A DNA stretch of 64,000 bases from Squalus acanthias (taxonomy: Eukaryota), in contig CM059445.1 in assembly GCA_030390025.1 (NCBI GenBank), positions 48,236,001 to 48,300,000 on the forward strand, given 5' to 3'. Of the stretch, positions 63,069 through 64,000 are shown one piece after another. Made by a program: the position numbers and the translations under genes. The notes under the pieces were generated by a model, which was not told the origin of the DNA, ran no database searches, and worked only from the letters and a program-made list of their open reading frames with translations. The number at the start of each line of letters is the position of its first letter. Positions within the stretch are counted from its first letter, which is position 1.

Positions 63069-63860
63069 CAATGTGCATGGTAATAATTCAGTATGCTAAT
63101 TTACAGCGATGTAAACGTAACTGGCAAGTTCAGAGTATAATTTTAAAAATGGTGTAGAATTGCTGAATCCATGAATTCTACTCTGTTATCTTTTAAATAT
63201 GTAGAGAAACTGACTGTTTAAAACTCAGTTTAACAAGCTAGTTTTGTTTTCTGCTGATTTTAGTCACGGAGTTGAATAATTTTATTACATCAATTTAATC
63301 TTGGCTGATGTGCAAATTAACAACAGCATTACTTGCCTAAAAAGCATAATCACTGGAGTTATATTATCCATGTTTTCTAAGGAGTCACTCAGACTCATTT
63401 CAAATTAGATTTGATTGAAAGCTGAGATTTTGTTGAAATCGCCGAGTACCATTATGATATCGTGAAGGCTTAATTTTAGGGGAACCTTATTTATCTGGAT
63501 AAATAAAGGGATTGCTTTGACTACCTTCCATCTTGCATGTAGCACTATATATACACAAACACATTAGGTATTCTGTTCAGTAACAATCAATTATATTTAT
63601 TTACATTTTTAAACTAGTTATTTTAAGCAGGCACTCAACCATGTTTAAAGGGAAGGAATGGAAGGCACTTGAATTCAGAGTTAAATTAAGCATCTAGTTA
63701 GCATCACATATTATCCCATTATTTTAAACACAACATGAATTGAAGTGTTTAGATTGGAATGCATATTTTGATATGGAAACTAAGAAGTATGACCATGTAT
63801 AGCAATAATATTGCAACACCTTGGTATCTAAGTGAAGAGTCAGAGTGGAAACGTAATATT

Positions 63861-64000
63861 GGCCCGGATTTTGCGGTTGGGATGACGACGAACTGGCAAC
63901 TGACCGCAACTTTGGCGCAGTTCTCGACACGGGGATTGCGAGATCCTTGTGCGAAGCGTACTTCGGGGCCAGCAGTGAATGCCTTCGCATTGCTGCTGAC
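63861..64000. mobile_element. Internally deleted M1 copy in reverse orientation, cut by the window edge
   Basis: GGCCCGGATTTTGCGGT start; after about 60 bp joins the reverse complement of about 56897-56972. Confidence 0.72.

Noticed and set aside
51890-63285. Several short degenerate hairpins (about 51895-52000, 54915-54995, 63170-63280)
   Set aside because: Too diverged to define boundaries; probably old MITE remnants, with no support for miRNA or other ncRNA calls.

Overview
Eukaryotic genomic DNA, most likely from a cartilaginous fish (inferred from the repeat content). Two paralogous ADAMTS metalloprotease genes lie head-to-head with start codons about 16 kb apart. ADAMTS8-like is on the minus strand (6 coding exons, 21334 down to 3045, continuing off the left edge). 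ADAMTS15-like is on the plus strand (4 coding exons, 37495 to 61539, continuing off the right edge). Introns and the intergenic spacer are full of repeats: SacSINE1/DeuSINE and other tRNA-derived SINEs, CR1/L2/Tx1 LINE fragments, a large group of 0.5-0.8 kb GG(G/C)C-ended MITE-like elements, and two families of Penelope-like elements. The most notable hidden signal is a set of minimal hammerhead ribozyme motifs in those Penelope-derived elements, several arranged as target-site-duplicated palindromes, with one compensatory base change between copies. Other points: inverted MITE copies flank the in-frame catalytic exon of ADAMTS8, same-orientation CTCF motifs lie between the two promoters, first-intron positions seem to differ from mammals, and there are two three-layer nested insertions. 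Repeat family names come from recalled consensus sequences, not from a database search. Most short ORFs in the supplied track are spurious.
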